From the NCBI RefSeq assembly GCF_036321535.1, contig NC_087447.1:38752001-38816000 (forward strand): a stretch of 64,000 nt of DNA, written 5' to 3'. The notes beneath the pieces are model-generated. The model was given only the letters and a program-made list of their open reading frames with translations. It had not been told where the DNA came from and made no database searches. Every line of letters begins with the position of its first letter. Position 1 is the first letter of the stretch. Shown in pieces: positions 1 through 11,980 of the stretch. Source of the stretch: Camelus dromedarius (Eukaryota). The position numbers and the translations under genes are program-made.

Positions 1-182
1 AACTCGGTGTAGCCCTCGCGCCGCGTGCCTTGGACGCGCAGGATGCGGCTGCAGTAGCCCTCTGATTTGGGCACTTTGTCCAGGGTCTCGTCGGAGAAGG
101 CCAGCGCCGCGGCCAGGGGCAGCGCCAGGGCCAGCAGCACTGGACTCCGGCTCAGCCTCAGGGGCGCCGGGGACAGCCTCAT
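1..182 (-). CDS. SPON1: F-spondin (spondin-1) coding exon 1, partial: signal peptide and start of reelin domain; runs off the window edge
   Basis: Reverse complement from ATG (CAT at 180-182) translates to MRLSPAPLRLSRSPVLLALALPLAAALAFSDETLDKVPKSEGYCSRILRVQGTRREGYTE(F), which matches the mammalian SPON1 N-terminus as I recall it. Absent from the supplied ORF track, probably because there is no stop codon in the window. Confidence 0.97.
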   Translation of the reverse strand, partial: MRLSPAPLRLSRSPVLLALALPLAAALAFSDETLDKVPKSEGYCSRILRVQGTRREGYTE

Positions 183-416
183 CCTCGCGGGCCCCCAACT
201 TTGTGCCACTGAGGCCAGCTCTCGCCACGCGACTCCTACCCGAAGGGGTCCCCGCGGAAGCGAGACCTGGCGGAGCCCAGCGGGGAGCGGAGCTTGGAGC
301 CGGCGCTGGCAACTGGGAGACCGTGTGCCCGCCTCGGCTTGGCGGCTGCCGAGCGGCGCTGCTCTGAGCAGAGCTGAGCAAGCCGAGCAGTGCGAGCAAG
401 GGAGGGCGGCGGCGAA

Positions 417-440
417 GGAGGAGGAGGAGGAGGAGGAGGA
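417..440 (+). repeat. (GGA)8 trinucleotide repeat in the SPON1 5' UTR/promoter
   Basis: Eight consecutive GGA units read directly. Confidence 0.9.
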
Positions 441-902
441 GGGAGGGCTGATTTTGCCCAGATCCCCGAGCGCAGCGCTGTTTTGTTTCCGAGCTGGCGA
501 TTAGCGGCGCGGCCGTGTTTATTTTGCGACGCTGGATTCCCAGGGTCTGGCAAGGAAATCAGAGGGCACAGGGACACTGCGGGCTCTGTCCCACCAAGGA
601 GGCTGCTGCCCCAACCCCCTGGACCCTGCGGAGTAGGGTGCTCCAAGGTGGGAAAGACTGAGAACTAACTTTCTGTTGCACACCTACTCTGTGCGTAGCA
701 ATACGCTGGGCAGTTTACTTACCCGCTTGCTTTCTCCACTCTCACTGCACACAATAAACGTGACATTACTTTCACTTATTTTATAGATGAGCAAACTGAG
801 GCTTGCGGCCAGTTAAGGCAGGGTCACACGCCATGGCTATCTGACTCTATTGCCCTACTTATAGGGTGCTGCAACAGTTCAGAGTGGAGAGTGGAAAGGA
901 AC

Positions 903-1155
903 AGAATGGCCCCATCCATGAGGCCCAGCAGGCACTGGGCTATGGCCTGTAACACTTTTGGAGATTCCTGAAAGTTTTCTTTAAACCAGAAGAAAAAAAC
1001 ATTTAGGTTCAATAGAATATTTTACTAGCTATATTAACATATTTGTATTTATACCTACACAGTTATAAAATGTAATGTTTACTATTGTTTTATGAAGGGC
1101 GGAGCCCACAAAGACAAAAGTGCCAAAGGCCTACAGGAGTCCTCATATAGCCTTG
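903..1155. mobile_element. hAT-Tip100-type non-autonomous DNA transposon (ORSL-like)
   Basis: Ends resemble the recalled consensus (gcccatccat... / gcccacaaagacaaaagtgccaaaggcctac) around an AT-rich interior. Confidence 0.5.
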
Positions 1156-1476
1156 GAAAGGGGTTTTGAAAGTTTCCCAAAAAAAGCCTGTTTTCTTGGC
1201 TTAGATATTAGTTCAGGTTCCCAGTCCCCAGTGACAGATGTTTGGAAAGCGGCTAAGCCTGAGGGCTCCCTGGGCAGAGCCTCAAGCGCCAACCTCAAGG
1301 CCAGACAGAAGACCCAGGTGCAAGAATCTCTCTCGGTGTTCCCCTGGGAACAGACCTGAATCAAACATTAGTCCTGCTACTCACCCATTGTGAGACTTGG
1401 GCAAGTTATTTAACCTTACCAAGCTTGCATTTCATGCTCAGAGGGTATGTGTGCGCCTGTGAGCTAATACACCCTT

Positions 1477-1492
1477 CCTCTAGGGGGCACTA
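1477..1492 (+). promoter_or_regulatory. Candidate CTCF site within a MIR remnant
   Basis: CCTCTAGGGGGCACTA closely matches the CTCF core consensus. Confidence 0.55.
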
Positions 1493-2382
1493 GAGTTAAA
1501 TGAAATGACCCACATAAAACACTGGGCCCTGTCTCCACTGTTTCCAGCCCCCACACCCCCAGGATCAAACGGCGGGTCTAGGCTGGCCCTGGGCACCACA
1601 GTAATGGAGACCAAGCCCACCCTGTGGATGCCTTAATGCCTCTGCCTCCCGTCAATGTGCACAAGCACCCCAAGTGCTCTCAGAAGCTTTGGTTATGCAC
1701 CTCGTCCTTCCCCTGGGCTGTCAACACACCTCAAGAGCCTGCATTTAAAAAGCAATCTCCTTTGCTTTCCAGGTCAGGTATTTCTCTTTGACATCACTAA
1801 CAAACAGCCTGGAGTAGCCATCCGCATTGGAGGTCTCCATCCCTCCTCGCCTTACCCCTCAGTCCTTGTGCTGGGACTCACACTGCCACTATTAACTTGG
1901 GCGCCTTCTCTCAGAGGTCCCCCAAGAGTGCCCCCTTGTTGAAGCCAATTGTGCTCTTTTCTCAGCCCTGATCCTTCCTGACCCTCAGCAGCACCTGATC
2001 CAGCTGATCAGCCTTCCTTTATAGAGGTGACATTTGGATCCACCTCTGCGTCCCGAGTAAATTCTCTCCAGCATGACCAGACTGGCTCAGAGCTCATGTA
2101 GACTCCATGGTGCACAATCCCACACAGCCAGCAAGCTTTCATTGAATGTAGGTTTGGGGCCAAATGTGCGCTGAGTAGTGGGTGTCAGAGGGAACAAACA
2201 TTCATTCATTCATTCAAGTCCAAGGCCCTCGATGTTCTCAGCACTGGGACACAGGACAAATAAACTACTTGCCTTTGTCAATCTTACAATCTGGGGGAAA
2301 GACAAATATTAAATACATAGTTATATGTATGTTTTCATATTATAATGGTGATGTATATGCTACACTAAAATAAGTGGTTCAT

Positions 2383-2547
2383 GGGGGGAAGGTATAGCCC
2401 AGTAGTAGAGAGCATGCTTACAGTACACATGGTCCTGGGTTCAATGCCCAGTACCTCCATTAAAATAAGTAAATAAATAAACCTAAGTACCTGCCTCCCA
2501 AAGTGAAAACAAAAAACAAACAAAAAGCAAATAAGTAAAATATAAAA
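2383..2547 (+). mobile_element. Camelid-type tRNA-derived SINE
   Basis: tRNA-like head GGGGAAGGTATAGCCCAGTAGTAGAG...GGGTTCAATGCC, A-rich tail, 18-bp TSD TAAAATAAGTGGTTCATG at 2366-2383 and 2548-2565. Confidence 0.9.
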
Positions 2548-2999
2548 TAAAATAAGTGGTTCATGAGAGTGTACCCGATCTTATCTCAGGGAATAGGAAA
2601 CTACAGAGATAAATAAAATGTGGCTCGTGTCTTAACAGAGCTTATTTTACACCCAATAGCTTAATTGTGTGTACTTGAAAGTCTTTTCATCTAAATCGGC
2701 ATATTCAGATCTCACCTGGAGGTGGGTAAGAATGGAGCAACGAGGGACAGTATAGTTAATTTTTCATTCAACATGGACGGGAAGACCATGTGAGGTAGTA
2801 GGCTGTCTCCACTCTGCTATTTTCCAGATTAGGTACCTACAAGATTACCTGTCTGGGTGCCACAGCTGGTAAGGGAAAAAGAATTAGGATTCAAAACAGT
2901 TCTCACCAACACCACAATGGGGTTCTTCCCACTACACAGTGGGGACCCCATCATCTGGGCTAGAACAGCAGGCTCTAAGCAGCCCCTGGAGCTCCAATC

Positions 3000-3760
3000 C
3001 CACTGCTGGAGCTAGATTTCCCTCACCCGGCTCTACCATCATGTGAGATCACGGCTCTCTCCACACATCCAACCCATCACCAAGTCACCAGCTTCACCTG
3101 CCAACTCCCTCTTGAATCTGTCCACTTCCCCCATCTCCTCTGCCACCACCAGTCTGAGTGGTCATCATCTCTCAGCCTCCTCACTGGGCTGTCCACATCT
3201 ACTCTACTTCTCCTCCCATCTATCTTTTGAACTGAAGCCCAAGTAATCCTTTTTTAAATGCAGATTTGAAAGTCGGTCTCGAGGTTAAAATCCTTTTTCA
3301 GTGGCTTTTCGGGGCTCTCAGAGCAAAGAATCTTTAATATAGCCTCCTGGGTCCTCATGATCTGCCCCTCAAGGCCATACACCCCTTTTCTCCTGGACTC
3401 CAGCCACCACGGCTTTTCAGTTTTATGAACTTCTGCCCAACCATCTCCCAGCCAACTCCTATGCATCGTTCAGATCGCATGCAAAATTGCTTCCTCACAG
3501 AAGTCCTTCCTGATTTCCTGGAATAGATCCTGCCCCTCAAGGCTCTCCTGGAACCTGATATGTTTCTCTTGACATTCTCAAGATTTATAATTACCTATTC
3601 TCTCTTATGTTTGATTTTTACATTTTGTGTTTATATAGTGTCTGTCTCCATCACTAGCTCCCACGCTCTGTAAGGGCAGGGACTGTCTCTGGGGCTCATC
3701 GCAGTTTCCTCCATGTGCATCATGGTGCCTGGCTCTATACAAATATGTTCTATGAATTAA
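3000..3760 (+). mobile_element. L2 LINE 3' remnant
   Basis: Typical L2 3' motifs (cacatccaacccatcaccaagtc; tagctcc...agggcagggactgtct...catggtgcctggc). Boundaries approximate. Confidence 0.6.
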
Positions 3761-5199
3761 AAGTCTTTAACAGCCTCCCAGTGCCCTTTGATGCAGCCCA
3801 AGTTCTTCAAGTGACCTTCAAGGCCCCACATGATCTGGTCATAGATCCCAGACTGAGTTCCCAGAGCTGCTCAGCTGGGTTCCCCAGGTCCCCCATTTTC
3901 AGACTTGACTCGGCACATTTGCTTATAGCTTTCCCATCACCTACAGTACCCTCCCCTCCTTCTGCCCATTTAAATCCTCTTCTCTGTGGAATGAGATCTT
4001 GCATCTCTCCTCCAGACTTCCGTAGAACTTGTGAGAAGAAAGTTTCTCATTTTGACTGTTGTGTTCAGTGGATTGTCATGAACAGTCTCATATGTCTGTG
4101 TCTCATCTCCTAGCAATGAATCCAGTTTACTTTCTGTTTAATTTCCTGTTCAGATGTTTTGTTCTGTTGTAAAATACACTGGACTTCAAGAAATCTCCTT
4201 CCAGTTTTGTAGCCTAAGGCAGAGCTGATGTTAGTTGCTAGGATGTTGCTAGGGAAAATCATTTAGCAAGGGCAGATAATTAACTTTATCAGTGTGTGTG
4301 GGTAGGTCACAGAAGAGGAGAGCTGGGGGCTCCCCTTCTCCAAGAAAAAAAAAAATTCCTTTGATTGGTAAGAGGTGAGATCAGCCTCCCTTTTTTTTTT
4401 TTTTTTTTTTCCTTTTAAGAGGGAAAGGAAAAAGAAGTTTCTAGATAATCACTTTTCAGAGTACGGTCACTGAAACACAAGCATCAGATGTTAGCCTAAA
4501 ATGTAAATTTCAAAACCCCCTATCCCACACCTATTGAATATGCACTTTAAACAAATTCAAACTACAGTCTAGGAAACCACTGTCTCAGAACTTAAAATTC
4601 AGACTTGGGGTGCAAAGCTTCCTGTCTGACTTTCCCAGGTTTTGGCTGCTTGTAGTTGAGTGGTCTTGGAAAGTCACAGGACCTGTCTAAAGTACTTACA
4701 TACAAAATTGGGAATAGTCATACCCATCCTGCCTACCTCCTGGGGTTTTGAGAAATAAACAGGTAACTGAGATAACAATTTATAAACTTCAAAGTGATTC
4801 ACACACAAAAAAACCCCTGAGTATTGTTACTCTTACTTTATTAATTTAGAACAAGAATCCAGAAATATCATATCTTTGTTTCTCTAACTCAGAGTTATAC
4901 TCAGAAGCTCTATGGAAAGGGGTTTCTAGAAAAAGAAAGTAGATAGACAATAAAGAAAGTTGAACTGCACTCAACAACCTGACATGAAGAAAAGCCCGAA
5001 GACTGTCCACTAATGAGCCAGTAGGTTCTGAGACTAAGTTATGGAAGATGAATATAAAAAATAACATTTTTAAAAATTCTAACAGCAAAAGACATTAATT
5101 AATTGAGATATTTTATTCAGCACCTGTTGTGTTCTAGGCACTGGCCAAATCACATATAATTACATCCCCTCTGGAATTCTGAAGCTGATTGGGTCCATC

Positions 5200-6750
5200 C
5201 TACAACTCCACCCAAGGTATGAGTTCCTCCATTCACTTGATCTCTTCAGTCCTTTGGTCTCCATTCTGTTTTACCCTTCCTTCTACTCTCTGGAGCATTT
5301 CTCTACCTATTTTTTCACTGCCCCATCCAGATCAGCATCCTAGAATACCCTTCAAAAGTCCCTCTTACTTTAAAGCTCACAGCATCCAATTTATACTCCT
5401 TCATCCTCCCTCATCCTACCTCCATCATCTATAGCCACAGGTCACTCCCTGCAGCCACAAAGAACTCTGCAGCCGGCTCACTGACTTCCTGCTCGTCCTA
5501 ACTCGTACTCTAGTGTTGGGAGACTAGAGAGCCTGTACTGATAGTCAGCCACCCTCTAACCTCCTCTTCTGAGGTGAGCTTGGGTCCTTCTGTATTAGCA
5601 GCTCCCCACCCTCCACGGCAGAAACATCCTCAGCTTTGGCAATAGTGACTCCCAACAGCTCTCTCTCATTCTACTCCCAGCTATCCCATTGCCTCACCCC
5701 TTGGAGCTGACCCCTCTAGATCGTTGAGATCTACAATTGCTTAATCAGTTCTGATTTTCCCAGCCTATCTTGTTGTCAGTTCCTTCCCCATCCAATACGG
5801 ACACTGTGCCTAGCCATTTTAACCACATCCTCACCAACACTCTTGATTAGGTCACCTCTTTTATTTTCCTCCTTCCTCTCTAACTAACCCCCAACCCTAG
5901 ATCCATTAAGCAGAGCAATGGAACTATCCCTGACTTCTGAGTTCTGCTGCACAAACCCTGGTAACCCTGCCAACTGTTCTACTACAAACTCATGCCTTCT
6001 ACCCTTAACCATCGTTCTTAACCAGTTTCCTTTCTCATCCTTTGAAGTGCCTTTTCTCTTCCTTCTGGTCCTTACCATGGTTTTTGTTTTTTGTTGTTTT
6101 TTTTTTTAAAGCCTGTTGTATCACTCTTGCTATTCTCACTCTCACTCTTAGAGGCATCATCTGGTCTCTAATTTCACTCCTCAAAGAGAGGATAATTTAG
6201 GCATGATCTTCCTCAAGTCTCTGTCTCCTTTGTCATCAAACCAAGCTCTGGCAAAACCCAAGTTCATTCCCTGCCTCAAGGAAAGAAGGGTTTTAATCTT
6301 CAGTTCTTCCAAGGCTAACCCCCCTGCCTGTGTTCTTGTCCTCATTCCCTCTTGCCTTCTGCTGAACACTGATCTGGCCGTGACACTCTCTCCCTCTCAT
6401 AGTTTGGTTTCCCTTCCTGTCCACGTCCTCCGCCTGCAGACATGGGCAAATCTCCCCCATCCAGGATGGGAGCAGGAGTGGAGGGTCTGGGTGTGACACT
6501 GGACCTTCCACTGCTCTCCTCTCCCTCACCAGCTGTTCTCTCATTACACTTCAGAGCCAGACTTCTGAAAGAGCTGTTCGCCGTTTCTATCTCTGTTCCC
6601 TCCGTTTCTGTTCATTTTTCCAAACAGTGAACTTTGGGAACAGCGCATAACTCTTTATTGAAACTGCTCCAACGGAGGTCACCTAAGACCTCCTTATTGC
6701 CGTAGCCATTGTCTGAATTCAAATAGACAGAAGCCGTAAGTGAGGTCCCT
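5200..6750 (+). mobile_element. Decayed L2 ORF2-region fragments
   Basis: Pyrimidine-rich L2-like text (tcctccatcatctatagcc; tgaaactgctcc...aggtcacc). Heavily diverged. Confidence 0.45.
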
Positions 6751-7097
6751 GTCATTGCACAGCTGAATGGAAGCTCACCACTGGAAGAAGTTAAAGAGAA
6801 GTGCACAGCAGGAGGTCTTCTAAGATGCAGACCTGGTCCCAGCCTGGAGACTTCTCAGTCTCCCTGCTTTGTGTTTATGGATTAGAGAGAACATCATGTC
6901 TGAATGCAATACAGCCAGGTGCAGCTGTGGGCAGCTCCCAAAAGCAAGCTCTTGCAAATCCAGCTATGTCCAGAATGGAGACACAGCCTGCATTTCCTCT
7001 GTGGTTCACTTGCTATTAATCTAGCAACCTCAACCAAGCGCAGCCACCTTTCTAAAGCTCTGGAACTTCAGAGCTGGACCACATGACCATGGCACAC

Positions 7098-7116
7098 TAC
7101 TGCCACCTGGTGACAG
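7098..7116 (-). promoter_or_regulatory. Candidate CTCF site
   Basis: Minus strand reads CTGTCACCAGGTGGCAGTA, close to the CCACCAGGTGGCAG core, with a TGCATGTTC upstream-motif-like sequence 5' of it. Confidence 0.55.
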
Positions 7117-7299
7117 TAAACAGAACATGCAGCAGTATTCAGTAAGGCATTCTCCAGGCACTCATAAGATAACCCTCCCTGGGCCTATAGTAGGCTGGAT
7201 TGTTTGCTCTTTGAGAAAAGAGTCACTGAGTTTTTCCACTCTGTTTAGAAAAACATGTCTGCATGAACTGTTTATATAATGAATTTTTGTGAAATTCAA

Positions 7300-7990
7300 T
7301 CCTTTCATTCAACAAACATTTAGTGATTAATTAGGAGGAAAGTGATACAAAGACATAATTCCTGCCTTCAAAAAACTGCAGAGACAGATAAAGCAGAAAT
7401 TTGTAAGATGAAAAATCGGATGTCCTAAGTATTAATGAAACCACAGAGCGAAATGATTAATTCTGCTTGGGGTGAGGGCCCAGGAAAAGGTAACATTTGA
7501 AAAGGCACTCAACACCTTCTTGAAAGATAAGAACTTGCCAATTGGACAAGGGGAACAGGTATTCTGGCAGAGGGAAGAGCTGGTACAAAGGCAGAGAGGT
7601 GTGAAAAGCAGGATGTGTCCTGGTTTTGATAGAATGACCTTTTCAGTGGCACCAGATAAAGATGGATTGTCAGTGAGAGTTTGGTGCAGGGACATATGCC
7701 ACAAGGCTTTAACAGAAGTCCAGAGGAGGGTCATAGGCTAAAAGCTAGAGAGGAATGAATGACATGGAGGGTCATTTAAGATGTAGGGTGAACAGGACTC
7801 AGTGCATGGTGATGTGCAGGAGGGGAGGGAGAGTCAGGGATGGCTCTGAGGGTTCCTACATGAGCCATGGGGGTAAGAGGTGTGGATGGTGGTATAATTT
7901 CCTGAGATAATGAATTCAAGAAGAGAAGCCGTGGGCTGGTGGGAATAGGGGATGGTGTCAGATGATATACATTCAACTGTGGATATGTCC
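7300..7990 (-). mobile_element. L2 remnant
   Basis: Starts with ttcattcaacaaacattt (L2 3' end on the minus strand), followed by a purine-rich L2-like body. Confidence 0.5.
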
Positions 7991-10575
7991 CATTTATAAC
8001 ATCTTTCAGAGATGGGTGTACTCTAGACTGTCAAAGGCACTAGGTCTCCAGCCTAGATGATTGGTGGGAGCTGGGGACCTGGGAGTCGTTAAGGTCTTGT
8101 GTCCCAAAGCGCCCTTTAAGAGACTCTCAAAGCCTAGCTGTCCTGTGTTGCTCCCCCTCAGTTTTGTCCTCTGATTTCCAAGCCAACAGACCAATTTGAT
8201 CAATGTACCCTTGCTAGCACGCTAATGGAAGGAAGAATAATCTTCTGTTCCCTGTGTGGCTCACCGAATGACATGGGTGGGTATTCACAATGGTGTCCTA
8301 GGGTGAACCAGCCAAAGAGGGGGATTCGAGATGCTATCACCTAGCAGGTATCTGTGGTCTTGAGGAGCTTCCAGGGCTTGTTGGCTGACAACTCCTTTAC
8401 TCACATGTAAGACTAAACTGGAGGAAGTCACTAAGAGAGAAAAGCAAAGGAGAAAATGGACCCACATCCTTTTAGCCTGATGACATGCAGAAGAGACAGA
8501 AAGGAGAGAAAGAAACACAGTAAAAAGAACAGAGCATGAGGGAAGAAGACCAAAGTGGCCAGAAAGGGTATTTAGTACACAAAGGAATACAGAGGAGTAA
8601 CCAAAAAAGGGCAAAGGAAAAGACCCTCCCCTCCCCCTACCACCATGATGAAGTTTCCATACGCTGCAATTTTTTTTTTTAAGACTTCTTTGCCTTCCAA
8701 TTAGCTGTGGCCCAAGTTTTGCACCTCTCCCAATCTGGAAAATATAATTGCTTTAGTGTCAGGTTTACGGATTGGATTGTGGCTTTAAATAAGCTGCATC
8801 CAACTGTTACTTTGTGTACATAGCCCGAAGAGCTAGAACCTGAAAAAAAAAAGTCCCCAGAACATAATTCAGCCCCCAAATTACTTCTGTTAGAAAACTG
8901 GAACCCAATCTGTTGGTCTAAGCATTAAGACGGAGTAAGAATAAAACACATTTTATTCATTCATCAGACTGTAGCGACATTGGCAATGCCGAGTCCTTTA
9001 CTGGGTCCCTGAAGGACAGGAGGGCATGCCTCCTATCTCAAAGGGCTGTAATAATCACAATGGATGATAACATGCTTACCACGAACCAGACCATGGTGAT
9101 TTAAATGCTTCACATACATAAATTCATCTCATCCTCATAACAACCTGTGTGCTTTTATTACGTCCATTTTGCAGTTGAGTAAACTGAGGCATAGGGAGGT
9201 TAAATGACTTGCTTGCCCAAGTTCACAATCTATTTGGGAGCCCATGAAGATCTCCAAGAGACATTTCAGAGCCAATTAAGAACCAAGACAAATGGTCTCT
9301 GTGTGCCTTGCTCAGAGGGAGAAATCACCACAGGCTAGAGTGGTCGCCAAAATTTCAGGGAACCAGTAAGACCTGATGGAGGGGTCAGACTTGGAGAGAT
9401 AAGGGAGAAAGGCATCTGCATAGCCCTGACTGTGGGGGCTGGGAACAGCAGCAGAATAGTGAGGGGGCCACCTGGTCAGGAGTAGGTTTGTGGCAGGGAA
9501 TCGCGGAGGGTGCTGTTGCGACAGGAGGTTGTGATAAGCCTGTGGTATTGGAGTTTCTCTCGAGAAGTTTCAAATGTGAAATGAGCTCTAGTTCTCGGCC
9601 CCGTGCATTTAATGCAGCAGTACAAGAGCTGGAATTCAGAGTGTATTCCTTCATCAGGCTCTGTTAGATCATTGAATGCATCATTCACTTTGTCTCTGTT
9701 CCTTCGTTCTTCTTAGTAAGTCCTGGCCTCTGGGATGCTGACCTGGTAGAAGGAGTCTTATGCTGATCGACAGTCCCCTTCTTCATCCTTAAAAACACAG
9801 CTCACATGGCATCTCTGAGAAGCCTTCACCGACACCCCAGGCTAGGTTATCCCTCCTGCTTGATTAGGCTCCGTGTGGGGAACCCCTGCAGCACTTATCA
9901 CGTGGGATCATCATCTGTGTACACATCTTGTTACCTCTCACAAGACCCCAGAGTCCTTAAAAGGTGGAACTGTTTGTATCCCTAGGACCTTGCCCAATGC
10001 CTAGCACATAGTAGATGCTCAGTAAGTATCTGTTCAATGAATAAAAAAAAAAAACGGATGAAGGAATGAATGAGTAATCACCATTATATTGGAAGAAATC
10101 GATAGGATTATCTTGTTCAAACATTGTTCTCTTTTGTAAACTCCATAAAATCAAAGTACCTCCCTAGAATCTTAGTTGCTATTACAGTAGACTTTTTATT
10201 TGTTGCCTTTACATAACACCCAGCACAACCTGTAATTATGTGATGTGCTTGTGCACTCTCTTAGGACAATGTAAACTCCACCAGTGCTGGAGCCACATCT
10301 GTCCCGCTCACTGCCGCATCTACAGCTCTTGCACAGTGCATGGCTCATACCAAATGCTCTACAGGTATTTGTTGAATAAAAGGATGAATGTCACATTTCC
10401 AATTATTTGTTCAGATTCTTTTTGGATCTCTCAAGTGAAGGAAAACTCTTTCCCATTCTTTTAGGCAATGCTAATTATTAGGAAAAATTTCTTTCTACTG
10501 AAATAAGAATATCTTCCCTAGGATCCATACAGAACAAGCCCAACTCTCTTCCAAGAAGCAGACTGGTGATTTTTA

Positions 10576-11399
10576 TTTGTTACTTTTTTATTGACGTATA
10601 GTCACTTTATAATGTTTTGTCAATTTCTGTTATACAGCATAATGTTTCAGTCATACATGTACATACATATATTCCTTTTCATATTCTTTTTCATTATAGG
10701 TTACTTACTACCAGATACTGAATATAGTTCCTGGTATAAACTTGTTGCTTATCTATTTTATATATAGTAGTTAGTATCTGCAAATCTTGAACTCCCAATA
10801 TATCCCTCCCCATCCCCTTCCCCACCCCTGGTAACCATAAGTTTGTTTTTTATGTCTGTGAGTCTGTTTCTGTTTTGTAAATAAGCTCATTTGTGTCATT
10901 TTTTTAGATATCCACATATAAGTGACATCATATGGTATTTTTCTTTCTCTTTCTGGCTTACTTCCCTTAGTATGATAATCTCCAGGTCCATCCATGTTGC
11001 TGCAAATAGCGTTATTTTATTCTTTTTATGGCTGAGTAATATTCCATTGTACAGACATACCACATCTTCTGTACCCATTTATCTGTTGATGGACATTTAG
11101 GGTGGTTCCATGTCTTGGCTATTGTATATAGTGCTGCTATGAACATTGGGGTGCGTGTATCTTTTTGAATCAGAGCTCCCTCTGGATATATGACCAGGGG
11201 CGGGATTGCTGGATCATATGGTATGTCTATTTTTAGTTTTTTGAGGAATCTCCATACTGTTTTCCATAATGGCTGCAGCAAACTACATTTCCACCAGCTG
11301 TGTAGGAGGGTTCCCTTTTCTCCACAGCCTCTTCAGCATTTGCTGTTTGCAGACTTTTTAATGGTGGACATTCTGACTGGTGTGAGGTGATACGGGCTG
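10576..11399 (-). mobile_element. 5'-truncated L1 (ORF2 C-terminus and 3' UTR)
   Basis: ORF 11012-11281(-) encodes [25 protein letters not shown]..., the L1 ORF2 C-terminus. TSD TGGTGATTTTTA at 10564-10575 and 11400-11411. Confidence 0.93.
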
Positions 11400-11980
11400 T
11401 GGTGATTTTTAAATATGTCCACATATTTTTTATATTCCTTTCTTCAAGAGGGAGGGCTTCCCACGACCAGAATAATGCAGAAGTTATGGTGTGTGGTTTT
11501 GGAGATGAGGTCATGAAAGACACTGTGACTCTGTCCTTGCCCTCCTAACAGCACGTTCTGGGAGATGTTCATTGCCAGGTCAAGAGGACACTCATGAAAC
11601 AAACCCTAGGGAAAGACCTACGTAACAGAAACTGAAACCTCCTGCCCTGTGAGTGAGCTGTCTTGGAAGTGAATCTTCCAGCCCCAGTCAAGCCTTTGGA
11701 TGACTGCAGCCCATATGCCATTCTGCCTGCAACCTCATGAAACCCCAAAATACAGCCACCCAGATAAGCCACTTCTGAATTTTCAAACTACAGAAACCAT
11801 AAGATAATTATTATTATAATTATGAATATATATTATATATTACTATATGTTACATGATAATATACAATATTATTATGTAATATACTATTATATTATGATT
11901 AGTAATATATTATATTATGTTGTTTTAAACCACTGAGTTTTGGAACAATTTGTTACACATCAATAACTAACTAATACATA
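11400..11980 (+). mobile_element. MaLR solo LTR (MLT1F-like), interrupted near its 5' end by the L1
   Basis: cagccccagtcaagcctttggatgactgcagccc and terminal tttgttacacatcaataactaactaataca. An AT-rich expansion lies at ~11805-11920. Confidence 0.75.

Larger units (their letters stand above)
1..640 (-). promoter_or_regulatory. SPON1: CpG island covering SPON1 exon 1, 5' UTR and proximal promoter
   Basis: Very GC- and CpG-rich compared with the rest of the window. No upstream ATG on the minus strand between 183 and ~520. An AT-rich island (minus strand AAAATAAACA, 516-524) could be a TATA-like or forkhead element. The exact TSS cannot be determined from sequence. Confidence 0.85.

Noticed and set aside
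67..668. ORFs of 92-145 aa in the CpG island (poly-E, poly-P, poly-G)
   Set aside because: GC-rich stop-poor frames crossing the GGA repeat. The real CDS is SPON1 on the minus strand from 182.
2383..2460. tRNA-like sequence (also at 24480-24560, 34801-34860, 54245-54300)
   Set aside because: These are SINE heads with A-rich tails and TSDs, not functional tRNA genes.
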